From a virus (taxonomy: Duplodnaviria > Heunggongvirae > Uroviricota > Caudoviricetes), in the IMG/VR virus record IMGVR_UViG_2529292887_000009: a DNA stretch of 10,873 bases, one strand, 5' to 3'. Under the pieces are notes generated by a model. It did no database searches. It saw only the letters and a list, made by a program, of their open reading frames with translations, and was not told the origin of the DNA. The position numbers and the translations under genes are program-made. Shown one piece after another: positions 1-7,441 of this stretch. Position 1 is the first letter of the stretch. Each line of letters opens with the position of its first letter.

Positions 1-249
1 ATGCGAATTGAGATCTGTATCGCTAAAGAAAAAATCAGCAAAATGCCAAAAGGTTCTGTTCCTGCCCTACAGCAAGAAATGCTGCGACAAATCAGTAAGC
101 GTTATGACGATGTAGAAGTGATCGTTAAATCTGCCAGCAATGATGGACTCACTATTTTAAGAGCCGTGGATAAAGAATCCGCGCAAGAGTTTGTACAAGA
201 AACGCTTCAAAATGTCTGGGAAACAGCGGACGACTGGTTTATTCACTGA
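1..249 (+). CDS. DinI-like protein (SOS-response modulator family), 82 aa
   Basis: ATG at base 1, stop at 247-249. Translation MRIEICIAK...[17 protein letters not shown] matches the DinI family in length (about 81 aa), N-terminal MRIE.IAK motif and C-terminal W-E-[ST]-A-D-D-W-F motif. Promoter and any LexA box would lie outside the window. Confidence 0.75.
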   Translation: MRIEICIAKEKISKMPKGSVPALQQEMLRQISKRYDDVEVIVKSASNDGLTILRAVDKESAQEFVQETLQNVWETADDWFIH

Positions 250-485
250 CTAAAATCCTGTCCACATACAGGGAATTCACAATGCCCGGAGAAAATGGCA
301 TCGCGAATGAAGCATGCAACCGCGCCCGGGCAAAATACGGACTTCCGGAAATCTGAAAAATCATCCATATCAACAGGATGCACGAAAAATGAGAGCTCCG
401 TCACTTCCGGAATTAACTTTTCCGTGGCATTCTTTATCTGTGTAGGTAAGGTCTCTTCACAATAATGACATAATCAACGCAGTTC

Positions 486-516
486 ATGGGGGAGGTGATG
501 GTCCCCCATCTTTTTG
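486..516 (+). terminator. candidate intrinsic terminator (plus-strand orientation) between the convergent dinI-like and tfa genes
   Basis: 8-bp GC-rich inverted repeat ATGGGGGA (486-493) / TCCCCCAT (502-509), 8-nt loop, followed by CTTTTTG on the plus strand. The minus-strand side has no T-run. It abuts the tfa stop codon (521-523). Confidence 0.4.
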
Positions 517-520
517 TCTG

Positions 521-1192
521 TCATTCCTGTGCCCAGCCAACCCTGTATGCCAGTATCTCATCCGCACTGGTCAGCTTTTCCAGCTCTTTCTTCATGGTGC
601 GCTGGCGAACGTGGATTTCCATCCCTTTGGTGAACATCGCCTGCTCTGCCGCTTCACTCAGCGCAATAAGCTCTTCTGCTGTCACCGACACATCATTGTT
701 TTCCGCATCCGTCCAGAAAAACGCCTCCGGCAGTTTCCCCGCTTTCGCTGCCGCCACCGATGGCTCAAGACGCGTCTGCGTTGACTTCCCGTAGTCCCAT
801 TTACGCCCATTGTGCTCAAACGTGTAGTTCGCCGCTTCCATCGCATTACGCCAGGCGTTAATTTCATCGCCCTTCATCCCTCGCGCTTTCTCCGCGGTCA
901 GCAGGTCCGTGATTTTCTCCCCGTCAAAACCCCAGCGCCCCGAGATGTCAGCTTTGCGGTTTTCTTCCGTATCCGCCACCTCCACCACACTCTGGTTCAC
1001 AGGCCACAGAACTGATGCCACCCTGCCGATGCCGGTAATGACCCCGGCACTGTTATAAACCACCTTCAGCGTCTCTGCTGAAAATAACGACTGACACTCA
1101 TACCAGTCCTGACCATCCTCTGATTTCAGGTACATCGCACCCGGCACATCCGGATTTTCCGGCGTGTATTGTCTGAAATTCTTTATGTGCAT
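521..1192 (-). CDS. tfa: tail fiber assembly protein (Tfa chaperone), 223 aa
   Basis: N-terminus MHIKNFRQY...SEDGQDWYE...VVEVADTEENRKADISGRW resembles the P2 gpG / Tfa N-domain family. It lies directly downstream of stf, as in lambdoid and P2-like phages. RBS GGGAGGA lies 7 nt upstream of the ATG at 1192. Confidence 0.8.
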   Translation of the reverse strand: MHIKNFRQYTPENPDVPGAMYLKSEDGQDWYECQSLFSAETLKVVYNSAGVITGIGRVASVLWPVNQSVVEVADTEENRKADISGRWGFDGEKITDLLTAEKARGMKGDEINAWRNAMEAANYTFEHNGRKWDYGKSTQTRLEPSVAAAKAGKLPEAFFWTDAENNDVSVTAEELIALSEAAEQAMFTKGMEIHVRQRTMKKELEKLTSADEILAYRVGWAQE

Positions 1193-1233
1193 CTGTAAGT
1201 CCTCCCGGTTACATGTCTGAAAGATGATGCGCT

Positions 1234-2961
1234 TTATAATGGAAAATACTCAAACCCCGAAGCTCCTGACGACACATACTCACCCACGCTGACTGTACGC
1301 CACTGAGAACCATCAAATGTCACCTGAAGCGGCCTGTAAGATACCCTGTCAATAAGGGTTTTGTTTCCGTCGTTGTAACCGCCAATCCCCGTAATCATCG
1401 CACCAATATCCAAATCCACTACCCATGTAGTGCCGTCTGTTTGCGGCGCATAAGTCTGTTTATTACCCAGCCTGATACCCACAACCCGGCTCTTCCCGTC
1501 TGATGCCCCGGGCGGTCCCATCGGCCCGGTTTCTCCACGCTCACCTCTGGGACCGGGGTCGCCTTTCTCCCCTTTCGGTCCCTGCGCTCCCCGCGGACCA
1601 GCGGGGCCTGTTGCTCCCGTTTCACCTTTCGGACCCTGTGCTCCGGGGTCGCCTTTCTCTCCTTTCGGACCGGGAACACCACCTCCTGCTGCAGCCTCTT
1701 CTGCCTTTGTTTTCGCTTCATTTGCCACATCCATTGCCGCCTTCACGGCCTTCGGCGTGGCTGCCTTTGTTTCGTCATTACTGCCAGTATCACTGCTTAA
1801 CTGCACCACACCTTTCTGCGTCGTGCTGGCATCCCGCTGGCTGACCGTATCCGGTTTGTTCTTTGTGCTGTAATCCACCCGCCAGTGGAAATACTGTGTG
1901 TCGCCGTAAACCGTACAGGTACAGACCGTGCCATTAATAAACCCCGTTGCACCGTATTCGCCAATGGTGACCCGGACTATGGCTGCCTCATACTTCCCCA
2001 TCACCTCAATGACACAGCCACCCAGATTAAGTTTTCCCGGTCCGACATCCGTGATGACCTTATTGAATCCCGCATGCAGTGATGCCTTCATCATCCAGTA
2101 AGGCTGGTCAAATGCCCCTTTTTCTTTCAGCCAGGCGACAAACTCGCGAGTTTTCCATTCACCGGACCCCGTATGAATGTCCCGCCCGTATACTCTGGCA
2201 GCTCCCACGGTGTTCAGAAACTTCACCTTATCCGGGATATCGTCACCGTTTTTCGCTTTCTCAAGGCATCCGTCCGCTTTGTCCATTGCCGCTTTCACCG
2301 CTTTCGGGGTGGCTGCCTTCGTTTCATCATCACTGTCCGTTGCGCTGCTTAACTGCACAATTCCCTTCTGTGCCGTCGTCGCATCCGGCCCTCCCGGCTC
2401 GCCTTTTTCGCCCTTCTCTCCCCGTTCACCTTTCACACCCTGAAGCCCCTGTGGTCCTGTCTCACCACGCTCACCCTTTGGCCCACGCTCGCCGGTATCG
2501 CCTTTTGGCCCGGGAATACCCTGCGGCCCGGTGTCCCCCTTATCCCCCTTCGGTCCCCGCGCATTCTCTGCCCGTTTTTTTGCCTCCTCCGCACTGGCTG
2601 CGGACGCTTCCGCACGTTTCAGGATTTCCGCTGCCACCGCTTCCAGCTCTGCAAGGGCTTTCGGGTAATACTGTGCGTCTTCCAGGTCCATCAGAAATTT
2701 ATTCAGCGTTCCCGGTGCAGAATCCGCCTTCACCAGAATGTCACCCACATATGACGGCGCGTACCCTTCCGTGTTCAGCGTCACCCGGTATAACCCGGGC
2801 TCAACATCCATACTGTAACTGCCGGTTTCCCCCGGCTGACCATACGCCACCGTGGTGACAATCACCGTCTCCGTTGTGCGGCGCGCTTTCAGCTCTATCG
2901 TGCATCCCGGTACCGCTTTTCCCGTACCATCCTTCAGCACACCCGATATTCTGACTGTCAT
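1234..2961 (-). CDS. stf: side tail fiber protein with two collagen-like Gly-X-Y blocks, 575 aa
   Basis: N-terminus [28 protein letters not shown] resembles the lambda Stf N-terminus. Two long G-X-Y runs ([25 protein letters not shown]... and [28 protein letters not shown]...). Two copies of the phage tail-fibre repeat motif QKG[IV][30 protein letters not shown] upstream of the ATG at 2961. Confidence 0.85.
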   Translation of the reverse strand: MTVRISGVLKDGTGKAVPGCTIELKARRTTETVIVTTVAYGQPGETGSYSMDVEPGLYRVTLNTEGYAPSYVGDILVKADSAPGTLNKFLMDLEDAQYYPKALAELEAVAAEILKRAEASAASAEEAKKRAENARGPKGDKGDTGPQGIPGPKGDTGERGPKGERGETGPQGLQGVKGERGEKGEKGEPGGPDATTAQKGIVQLSSATDSDDETKAATPKAVKAAMDKADGCLEKAKNGDDIPDKVKFLNTVGAARVYGRDIHTGSGEWKTREFVAWLKEKGAFDQPYWMMKASLHAGFNKVITDVGPGKLNLGGCVIEVMGKYEAAIVRVTIGEYGATGFINGTVCTCTVYGDTQYFHWRVDYSTKNKPDTVSQRDASTTQKGVVQLSSDTGSNDETKAATPKAVKAAMDVANEAKTKAEEAAAGGGVPGPKGEKGDPGAQGPKGETGATGPAGPRGAQGPKGEKGDPGPRGERGETGPMGPPGASDGKSRVVGIRLGNKQTYAPQTDGTTWVVDLDIGAMITGIGGYNDGNKTLIDRVSYRPLQVTFDGSQWRTVSVGEYVSSGASGFEYFPL

Positions 2962-2974
2962 GGATTTCCCCCAT

Positions 2975-3008
2975 AAAAAAACCGCAGTACCGGTTTCCCG
3001 GCCTGCGG
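2975..3008 (-). terminator. intrinsic terminator downstream of the hok-like gene, overlapping the stf ribosome binding region
   Basis: Minus-strand reading: CCGCAG-G-CCGG-GAAA-CCGG-TA-CTGCGG followed by TTTTTTT (plus-strand A-run 2975-2981). Stem CCGCAG/CTGCGG with an inner CCGG/CCGG pair. The T-run runs directly into the stf SD/ATG. Confidence 0.5.
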
Positions 3009-3103
3009 TAATATTTGTGGTTTGTTGGTGTTAAAACGGTGCCATCCGGCTGACCACCCTCAGCAACCGGTCGGCGGGGGATATTCTCCCCCGCCACGGT
3101 TTC

Positions 3104-3244
3104 TTACTGCTTACACTGTAAGAACGCCGCAATCTCCGCGCCCGCTATCCGGAACCGGAACTCGCACAGTGAAGTGTGGGTGATCCAGATAATGAGCACT
3201 ACCGTGATACACATCACGGTGGTTTTTAACGGTTTTTGCGACAT
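3104..3244 (-). CDS. Hok/Gef-family type I toxin (46 aa membrane peptide)
   Basis: Below the 60-aa cutoff of the ORF track; found by manual translation: MSQKPLKTTVMCITVVLIIWITHTSLCEFRFRIAGAEIAAFLQCKQ. Near-match to the Hok/Gef signature (C-I-T-VV-x4-I-x-[RG->H]-x2-L-C), with E[FIL]R[FY]R and E[IVL]AAF[LM]xC motifs as in HokA/HokB/Hok. Strong SD AAGGAG 8 nt upstream of the ATG (3244); TAA stop at 3104-3106. Confidence 0.7.
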   Translation of the reverse strand: MSQKPLKTTVMCITVVLIIWITHTSLCEFRFRIAGAEIAAFLQCKQ

Positions 3245-3397
3245 AACGCTTGCTCCTTTTACGGAGAGGCGCTAACCTTTCACTTGCTTAGGATGAATGG
3301 TCAGGCCTCGGGTTAAACATGAATGTTTTGTCCGGGGCCTTTTCACATCCGGCCTTCAGGTGTTCCCTCCGGCCATCAGCCAAAGGCACCCGCGCAT

Positions 3398-3426
3398 ACT
3401 GTACGGTTTTTGTCTCCTTCCGGCAA
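3398..3426 (-). promoter_or_regulatory. candidate sigma70 promoter for the hok-like gene
   Basis: Minus strand: -35 TTGCCG (plus 3421-3426), 17-bp spacer, -10 TACAGT (plus 3398-3403). Lies 17 nt after the J stop and would give a leader of about 145 nt, similar to known hok mRNAs. Hexamer matches are only 4/6 each. Confidence 0.2.
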
Positions 3427-3442
3427 TCCCGGGGCGCGATGT

Positions 3443-6400
3443 TCAGCGGATGCTGATCCCCGCGCTGTTTTTCTTCACCACTATCGCCTGAAGGTTACTG
3501 ATTCGTGAACTGCCCCAACTGTTATTCTGACGCCGTGAGCTCACGGTAAAACTCAGGGTGATATGACCACCGCCAGCTGGCATATCGATGATCCCGCTGA
3601 AAATTCCCGGCTCTGTCACTGACCTGCCTGAATAAATCCGGCGTCCATTCTGATCAACATGCAGGAAGCACTCTGTCCAGATGTCATTACTGGTGCGGGA
3701 TTCCTGTTTTGACCCGACATAGATTATCGGCGGGATTATAATCTGCCGGTCAAAGCGGTGATCGTCATACACCGTCAGCGTTCGTGTACCGTTCGCAAGG
3801 TGACTACCATCCACCGGAAAAGCCACCCCTGCACATTTCACAAGATCACCAATAATGTTCTCCGCTTTCAGCGTGCCATTTATCGTACAGTTCTCCGCTA
3901 TCACGACATTATTGAGCGTGCCCGAGTTCGCACTGATATGTCCGCTGATGTCCGCATTGCGGGCCGTCAGCCTGCCCTCCGGCGTCAGGGAGAACGTCGG
4001 GGGATTGCCGGACGAGGTGATGCTCACTGCAAACAGTCGCTTCAGGAACACATCGTTCATGAACAGCTGATTCCCCTGCGCCACAAACAGCGGCGTGGTG
4101 TTGCCGTTCTCCGGGTTAATCATCGCGATACGGTCCGCCTGCAGCAGAATATTGCTCAGGGGCTGGCCATCAGCATCCTCAATCCCCGCACCAATACCGG
4201 CAACATACGGAATGCCGTTTTTCGTTTTCTGCACCTTCAGCATGTACAGCGCTGCCAGCTCATCATTCGTGTCTGACTGGACCTGCTGTATCTGCTGTAT
4301 GGTCGCGCTCTGGTCTTCCAGGGTTTTACTGACCGTCTGTGTGATTTCATTGCGGGTTTCGGTGATGGTGGTCTTCATCTCCGCCATCTCATCATCAAGC
4401 TGGCTGTTATCAATCAGCTCCCACATCCCCTGTGCCAGATGTGTCTTCCCGATTTCTCCTCTGAAAAAGTCCAGATACCCTTCCGCATCATTGCTCGCCC
4501 GGCCACTGGCTTCCACAAACGCAGATTTCCCCACCAGATTGACGCTGCGCACATAAAACCAGAAATCCTTCCCCGGCCTGATGTGCGGGCCGGAGACGCT
4601 CCACTGGCTGCCGGTACCCAGATAACGGGCTGAGGTTTCCACCTGTGCCGTGTCCGTGATGCGTTTTTCTGAGAACCAGAATTCATACTGTACCGTCGGG
4701 TCATACACCGCCAGCACCGGTACTGCTGTTATCTGAAAATACCCCGGCGTCAGTTCAATGCTGGCCGGTGCCGCCGGTGCATTAATCCGGAATGTGGTGG
4801 TGGCAGGTTCGCCCTGCTGGCCGTAGCTGTTTATCGCCCTGACCGTCAGGGTGTATTCCCCGAGCGGCAGGCCACTGAAACGGTGCTCCGTGTCGGCAGT
4901 GATGGCGCTGGTCACCAGGCGGCTGTTTTCACCGTTTCCGCTGGTCAGGCGCAGACTGAAGCGCACGCCCTTCACCACCCGCGGCGTGTCCCATTTCGCC
5001 AGCGCCAGATACTGGCCGTCTGAGGCACTCACCTCCACCGTGAGGTGCTGCACTGCCGGCGGGATGACGCTGTTCAGTGAGCCGGACATCGGCTCAAAGC
5101 GGGCTCCGTTATCCACAATGGCTTCTTTTTCCGGTACGTGCTGCACTGCCGTGATGGCAAAGGTGCCGTCCGTGTTTTCCCGGATGGAAACACAGCGGAA
5201 CAGGCGACGACGCAGTGACGGCAGGGAGAGTCCCCACACACCGTATGTTGCCACGCCATCAGGCAGGACGCTGACCTGTATCCGGTCCGGGGCGGGGTGT
5301 GCAGTGATGTCCACGCGCACCGGCTTACCGCTGCCGTTAATCAGGTTCACCGTCGATGTCCCTGTCTCCGGCAGTGTCACCTCACGGTCCAGCGTCAGTG
5401 TGCGGCTGGCGGCATCGATGGACAGGATGCGTCCGCCGGTCAGGGTCCCGGCATAGTCGTTATCACAGATTTCAATGATGTCACCGGGTGTGTGCCGCAG
5501 CCCCTGAGACCCGAGCGTGAAATCCACCGTCTGCGTTTCCAGCAGTTCTGTCTTTATCACCCACAGTCCGGCACGGTGAGCCTGACCGCGGCTGGTACAG
5601 CCGAACGCGTCCATCTTCAGCAGGTTGCGCCCGTAGCGCAGGATGGCGTCCGGGTCTTCCACCAGTTCCGTGGACGTCTGCCAGCCGTTCTGCGGGTCAG
5701 TGTAATTCACCTCCACCGCCGTGTGCCGGTCCTTCAGGGCACTGAAGCTGTAGCGGAACCCCACGCCGTTATCATCCACCACCACATCGCTGTTGGTGTA
5801 CGGCCACACCACATCCGACGGACGGTCCTGAACGAACGTCAGCGTCTGGCCGTTCCATACCGGCATACAGCGCATCGCCGAGCAAAAATCCCCCAGGACA
5901 TCCCACACCTTACGCTGCTGTGACAGGTACGCATTAAAGGTCATCCGCGGCTCTGTGCCCCCGAAACCATCCGGGACCGTCTGGTCGCAGTACTGCCCGA
6001 TGGCATACAGCGCCCACTTGTCCACATCCGCGGCCCCCAGGCGTTTTCCCATCCCGTAGCGCGGGTGAGTCAGCATGTCCCACAGGCACCAGGCCGGGTT
6101 ATTGCTGTATGCCGGTTTCAGACTCCCGTCCCAGATACCGCTGTAGGTGCGTTTTTCCGGGTCATAGTTTGACGGCACCTGAATGATGCGGCCGCGGATA
6201 TGGTAGTTCACCACCATCTGCTGGCCACCGAACTGCTCCGCATCCACCTGCAGCCCCACAATGGCCGTGTTCGGGTAGCACTGTTTCACATCGATGATTT
6301 CGGTGTATGACGACCACAGCGTTCTGTTCTGCAGCTGGTCCGTGGTACTGTCCGCCGTCACCCTGACCACCCGGATGTTAAAGGGGCGCTCAGGGAGATT

Positions 6401-6910
6401 ATTCAGAATCACCGACGTCAGGTACTGCGAGGTGGTCTTGCCGTTAATGGTGACATCCTTCTCCGTCACCCAGTTACCGTTACGCTCAAGCTGAATCAGC
6501 AGGCGGACAGAAGAGGGATTACGGTCACCCTTTGAGGTGGTCTCCACCAGTGACTGCACCCCGAAGGTGACCCGCAGACGGTCAATGTTCGCTGACGTGA
6601 TGGTGCGCGTCACCGGCTTTGCCTTCGTCACCTCCACGCCCAGTGCGGTTTCTGCCCCGGAGGACTCAAAGCCTTCAGGTGGTGTCTGCTCCTGCTCCCC
6701 GGCACGCCAGACGGCGGTCACACCGTGTATCACGGGATTACCGTCCGTGTCCGTCAGCGGGGTTTTGTTCACCAGAATACTCTGCAGTCCCTTCACCGGA
6801 CCTTCCACCGGTCCCTCACCAATGGCATCAATCACGCTCATCATCTGCGTGGATTTGAGATTGTCCTTCGCCTCACGCGGTGTGTGCCCCTTGCCGCCCC
6901 CTTTACCCAC
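3443..6910 (-). CDS. J: tail tip / host specificity protein J (central tail fiber), about 1155 aa
   Basis: Long collinear similarity to lambda gpJ ([17 protein letters not shown]..., [104 protein letters not shown]). Start placed at GTG 6908-6910 (aligns with the lambda N-terminal MGKGSSKGHTP; preceded by AAAGGGGGA), not at the TTG at 6961 used by the ORF track. Confidence 0.9.
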   Translation of the reverse strand: MGKGGGKGHTPREAKDNLKSTQMMSVIDAIGEGPVEGPVKGLQSILVNKTPLTDTDGNPVIHGVTAVWRAGEQEQTPPEGFESSGAETALGVEVTKAKPVTRTITSANIDRLRVTFGVQSLVETTSKGDRNPSSVRLLIQLERNGNWVTEKDVTINGKTTSQYLTSVILNNLPERPFNIRVVRVTADSTTDQLQNRTLWSSYTEIIDVKQCYPNTAIVGLQVDAEQFGGQQMVVNYHIRGRIIQVPSNYDPEKRTYSGIWDGSLKPAYSNNPAWCLWDMLTHPRYGMGKRLGAADVDKWALYAIGQYCDQTVPDGFGGTEPRMTFNAYLSQQRKVWDVLGDFCSAMRCMPVWNGQTLTFVQDRPSDVVWPYTNSDVVVDDNGVGFRYSFSALKDRHTAVEVNYTDPQNGWQTSTELVEDPDAILRYGRNLLKMDAFGCTSRGQAHRAGLWVIKTELLETQTVDFTLGSQGLRHTPGDIIEICDNDYAGTLTGGRILSIDAASRTLTLDREVTLPETGTSTVNLINGSGKPVRVDITAHPAPDRIQVSVLPDGVATYGVWGLSLPSLRRRLFRCVSIRENTDGTFAITAVQHVPEKEAIVDNGARFEPMSGSLNSVIPPAVQHLTVEVSASDGQYLALAKWDTPRVVKGVRFSLRLTSGNGENSRLVTSAITADTEHRFSGLPLGEYTLTVRAINSYGQQGEPATTTFRINAPAAPASIELTPGYFQITAVPVLAVYDPTVQYEFWFSEKRITDTAQVETSARYLGTGSQWSVSGPHIRPGKDFWFYVRSVNLVGKSAFVEASGRASNDAEGYLDFFRGEIGKTHLAQGMWELIDNSQLDDEMAEMKTTITETRNEITQTVSKTLEDQSATIQQIQQVQSDTNDELAALYMLKVQKTKNGIPYVAGIGAGIEDADGQPLSNILLQADRIAMINPENGNTTPLFVAQGNQLFMNDVFLKRLFAVSITSSGNPPTFSLTPEGRLTARNADISGHISANSGTLNNVVIAENCTINGTLKAENIIGDLVKCAGVAFPVDGSHLANGTRTLTVYDDHRFDRQIIIPPIIYVGSKQESRTSNDIWTECFLHVDQNGRRIYSGRSVTEPGIFSGIIDMPAGGGHITLSFTVSSRRQNNSWGSSRISNLQAIVVKKNSAGISIR

Positions 6911-6948
6911 TCTGTCCCCCTTTCCTGTCTGATGTCTGAATCTGTTTA

Positions 6949-6983
6949 TGCCCAAAAACAACAGGCACCCCGGAGGGTGCCTG
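6949..6983 (-). terminator. terminator-like hairpin (minus-strand orientation) just upstream of the J ribosome binding site
   Basis: 9-bp stem CAGGCACCC (6962-6970) / GGGTGCCTG (6975-6983) with a 4-nt loop; on the minus strand it is followed by TTGTTTTTGGG (plus 6949-6960). Confidence 0.35.
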
Positions 6984-6992
6984 TGTCATGAC

Positions 6993-7219
6993 GGAATAAA
7001 ATTTCTGAAATTCTTCACATTTCCGGCAATTGCCTGTAGCCGCAATAATGACGCTGCGTTACATTTTTGATGCCTGAAAAATAACTCCATAACGTTAATC
7101 TTCATCGTTCTCTCCCGCAGCTCCGCTGATTCTGCGGGATTTTTTTATCCCTTAAACCCGGCACGATGTTATCTGTCTTCTTCCACAGATACCCGCCTGG
7201 CTTCCGCTCCCCCGCTACC
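6993..7219. repeat. tandem repeat unit A (about 227 bp) of the I-J intergenic array
   Basis: Contains conserved block GGAATAAAATTTCTGAAATTCTTCACATTTCCGGCAATTGCCTGTAGCCGCAATAATGACGCTGCGTTACA, a variable segment, the hairpin CCCGCAG/CTGCGGG plus T7, and a 3' segment weakly resembling the 3' end of gene I. Confidence 0.8.
7113..7146 (+). terminator. plus-strand intrinsic-terminator-like hairpin, repeat unit A
   Basis: TCCCGCAG (7113-7120), loop CTCCGCTGATT, CTGCGGGA (7132-7139), then TTTTTTT (7140-7146). Orientation is antisense to the tail operon. Confidence 0.5.
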
Positions 7220-7441
7220 GGATAAAAAGTCTGAATTTATTCACATTTCTGCAAATTACCTGTAGCCACAATAATGACGCTGCGTTACATTTTTTGCGGG
7301 TAAATAAAAATAAAACGCCAACAGGTTAGTCAACATCGTTCTCTTCCCGCAGCACGGAGTACTGCGGGATTTTTTTATCCCCTGAACCCGGCATGATGCC
7401 TTCTGTCCTCTGCCACCGATATCCGGCCCCTCCCTTCCCGT
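7220..7441. repeat. tandem repeat unit B (about 222 bp)
   Basis: Same block order as unit A, with point substitutions and small indels (e.g. ...TTCACATTTCTGCAAATTACCTGTAGCCACAATAATGACGCTGCGTTACA...). Anchor TTCACAT recurs at 7014, 7240 and 7462 (periods 226 and 222 bp). Confidence 0.8.
7345..7376 (+). terminator. plus-strand intrinsic-terminator-like hairpin, repeat unit B
   Basis: TCCCGCAG (7345-7352), loop CACGGAGTA, CTGCGGGA (7362-7369), then T7 (7370-7376). Stem identical to unit A, loop different. Confidence 0.5.

Noticed and set aside
259-276. LexA (SOS) box near CTGTCCACATACAG
   Set aside because: The spacing is CTGT-N6-ACAG rather than the CTGT-N8-ACAG required for a LexA site, and it lies downstream of the dinI-like gene rather than in a promoter.
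282-356. 24-codon plus-strand ORF ([24 protein letters not shown]) with a weak AGGGA RBS
   Set aside because: No recognisable family, very short and hydrophilic, no supporting conservation visible in the window; could be chance.
2079-2858. 259-aa Pro/Ser-rich plus-strand ORF, and similar plus-strand ORFs at 1503-1844, 2177-2443, 3758-4276, 4095-4556, 4851-5456, 5297-5923, 6537-6932, 8228-8920, 8307-8903, 8839-9207, 9113-9460, 10344-10760
   Set aside because: All lie antisense to long, well-supported minus-strand tail genes (stf, J, K, L, H). They have low-complexity, Pro/Arg/Ser-rich translations typical of shadow ORFs in GC-rich coding DNA and show no RBS.
2801-3097. 98-aa minus-strand ORF spanning the stf start and the hok-stf terminator
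   Set aside because: Overlaps the stf N-terminus in another frame and runs through the terminator hairpin; the real small gene in this gap is the hok-like ORF at 3104-3244.
3245-3300. mok-like overlapping reading frame upstream of the hok-like gene
   Set aside because: None of the three frames upstream of the toxin start contains a start codon plus RBS reading into the toxin; the hok frame is closed by TAG ten codons upstream.
3418-3427. Shared TTCCGGCAAT between the J 3' flank (candidate hok -35) and repeat unit A (7021-7030), suggesting a repeated minus-strand promoter in each unit
   Set aside because: The match is present only in unit A; units B and C diverge at these positions, and no matching -10 is conserved.
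2962-3442. A lom or other outer-membrane moron between J and stf
   Set aside because: The gap is only about 480 bp and contains no ORF of lom size; the only well-supported gene there is the 46-codon hok-like ORF.
6993-7441. Small peptide genes inside the repeat units (e.g. a 39-codon minus-strand ORF MKINVMELFF... in unit A; 9-codon MTLRYIFDA on the plus strand)
   Set aside because: Frames are not conserved between units (indels shift the frame in unit B and C), so conservation is at nucleotide level only.
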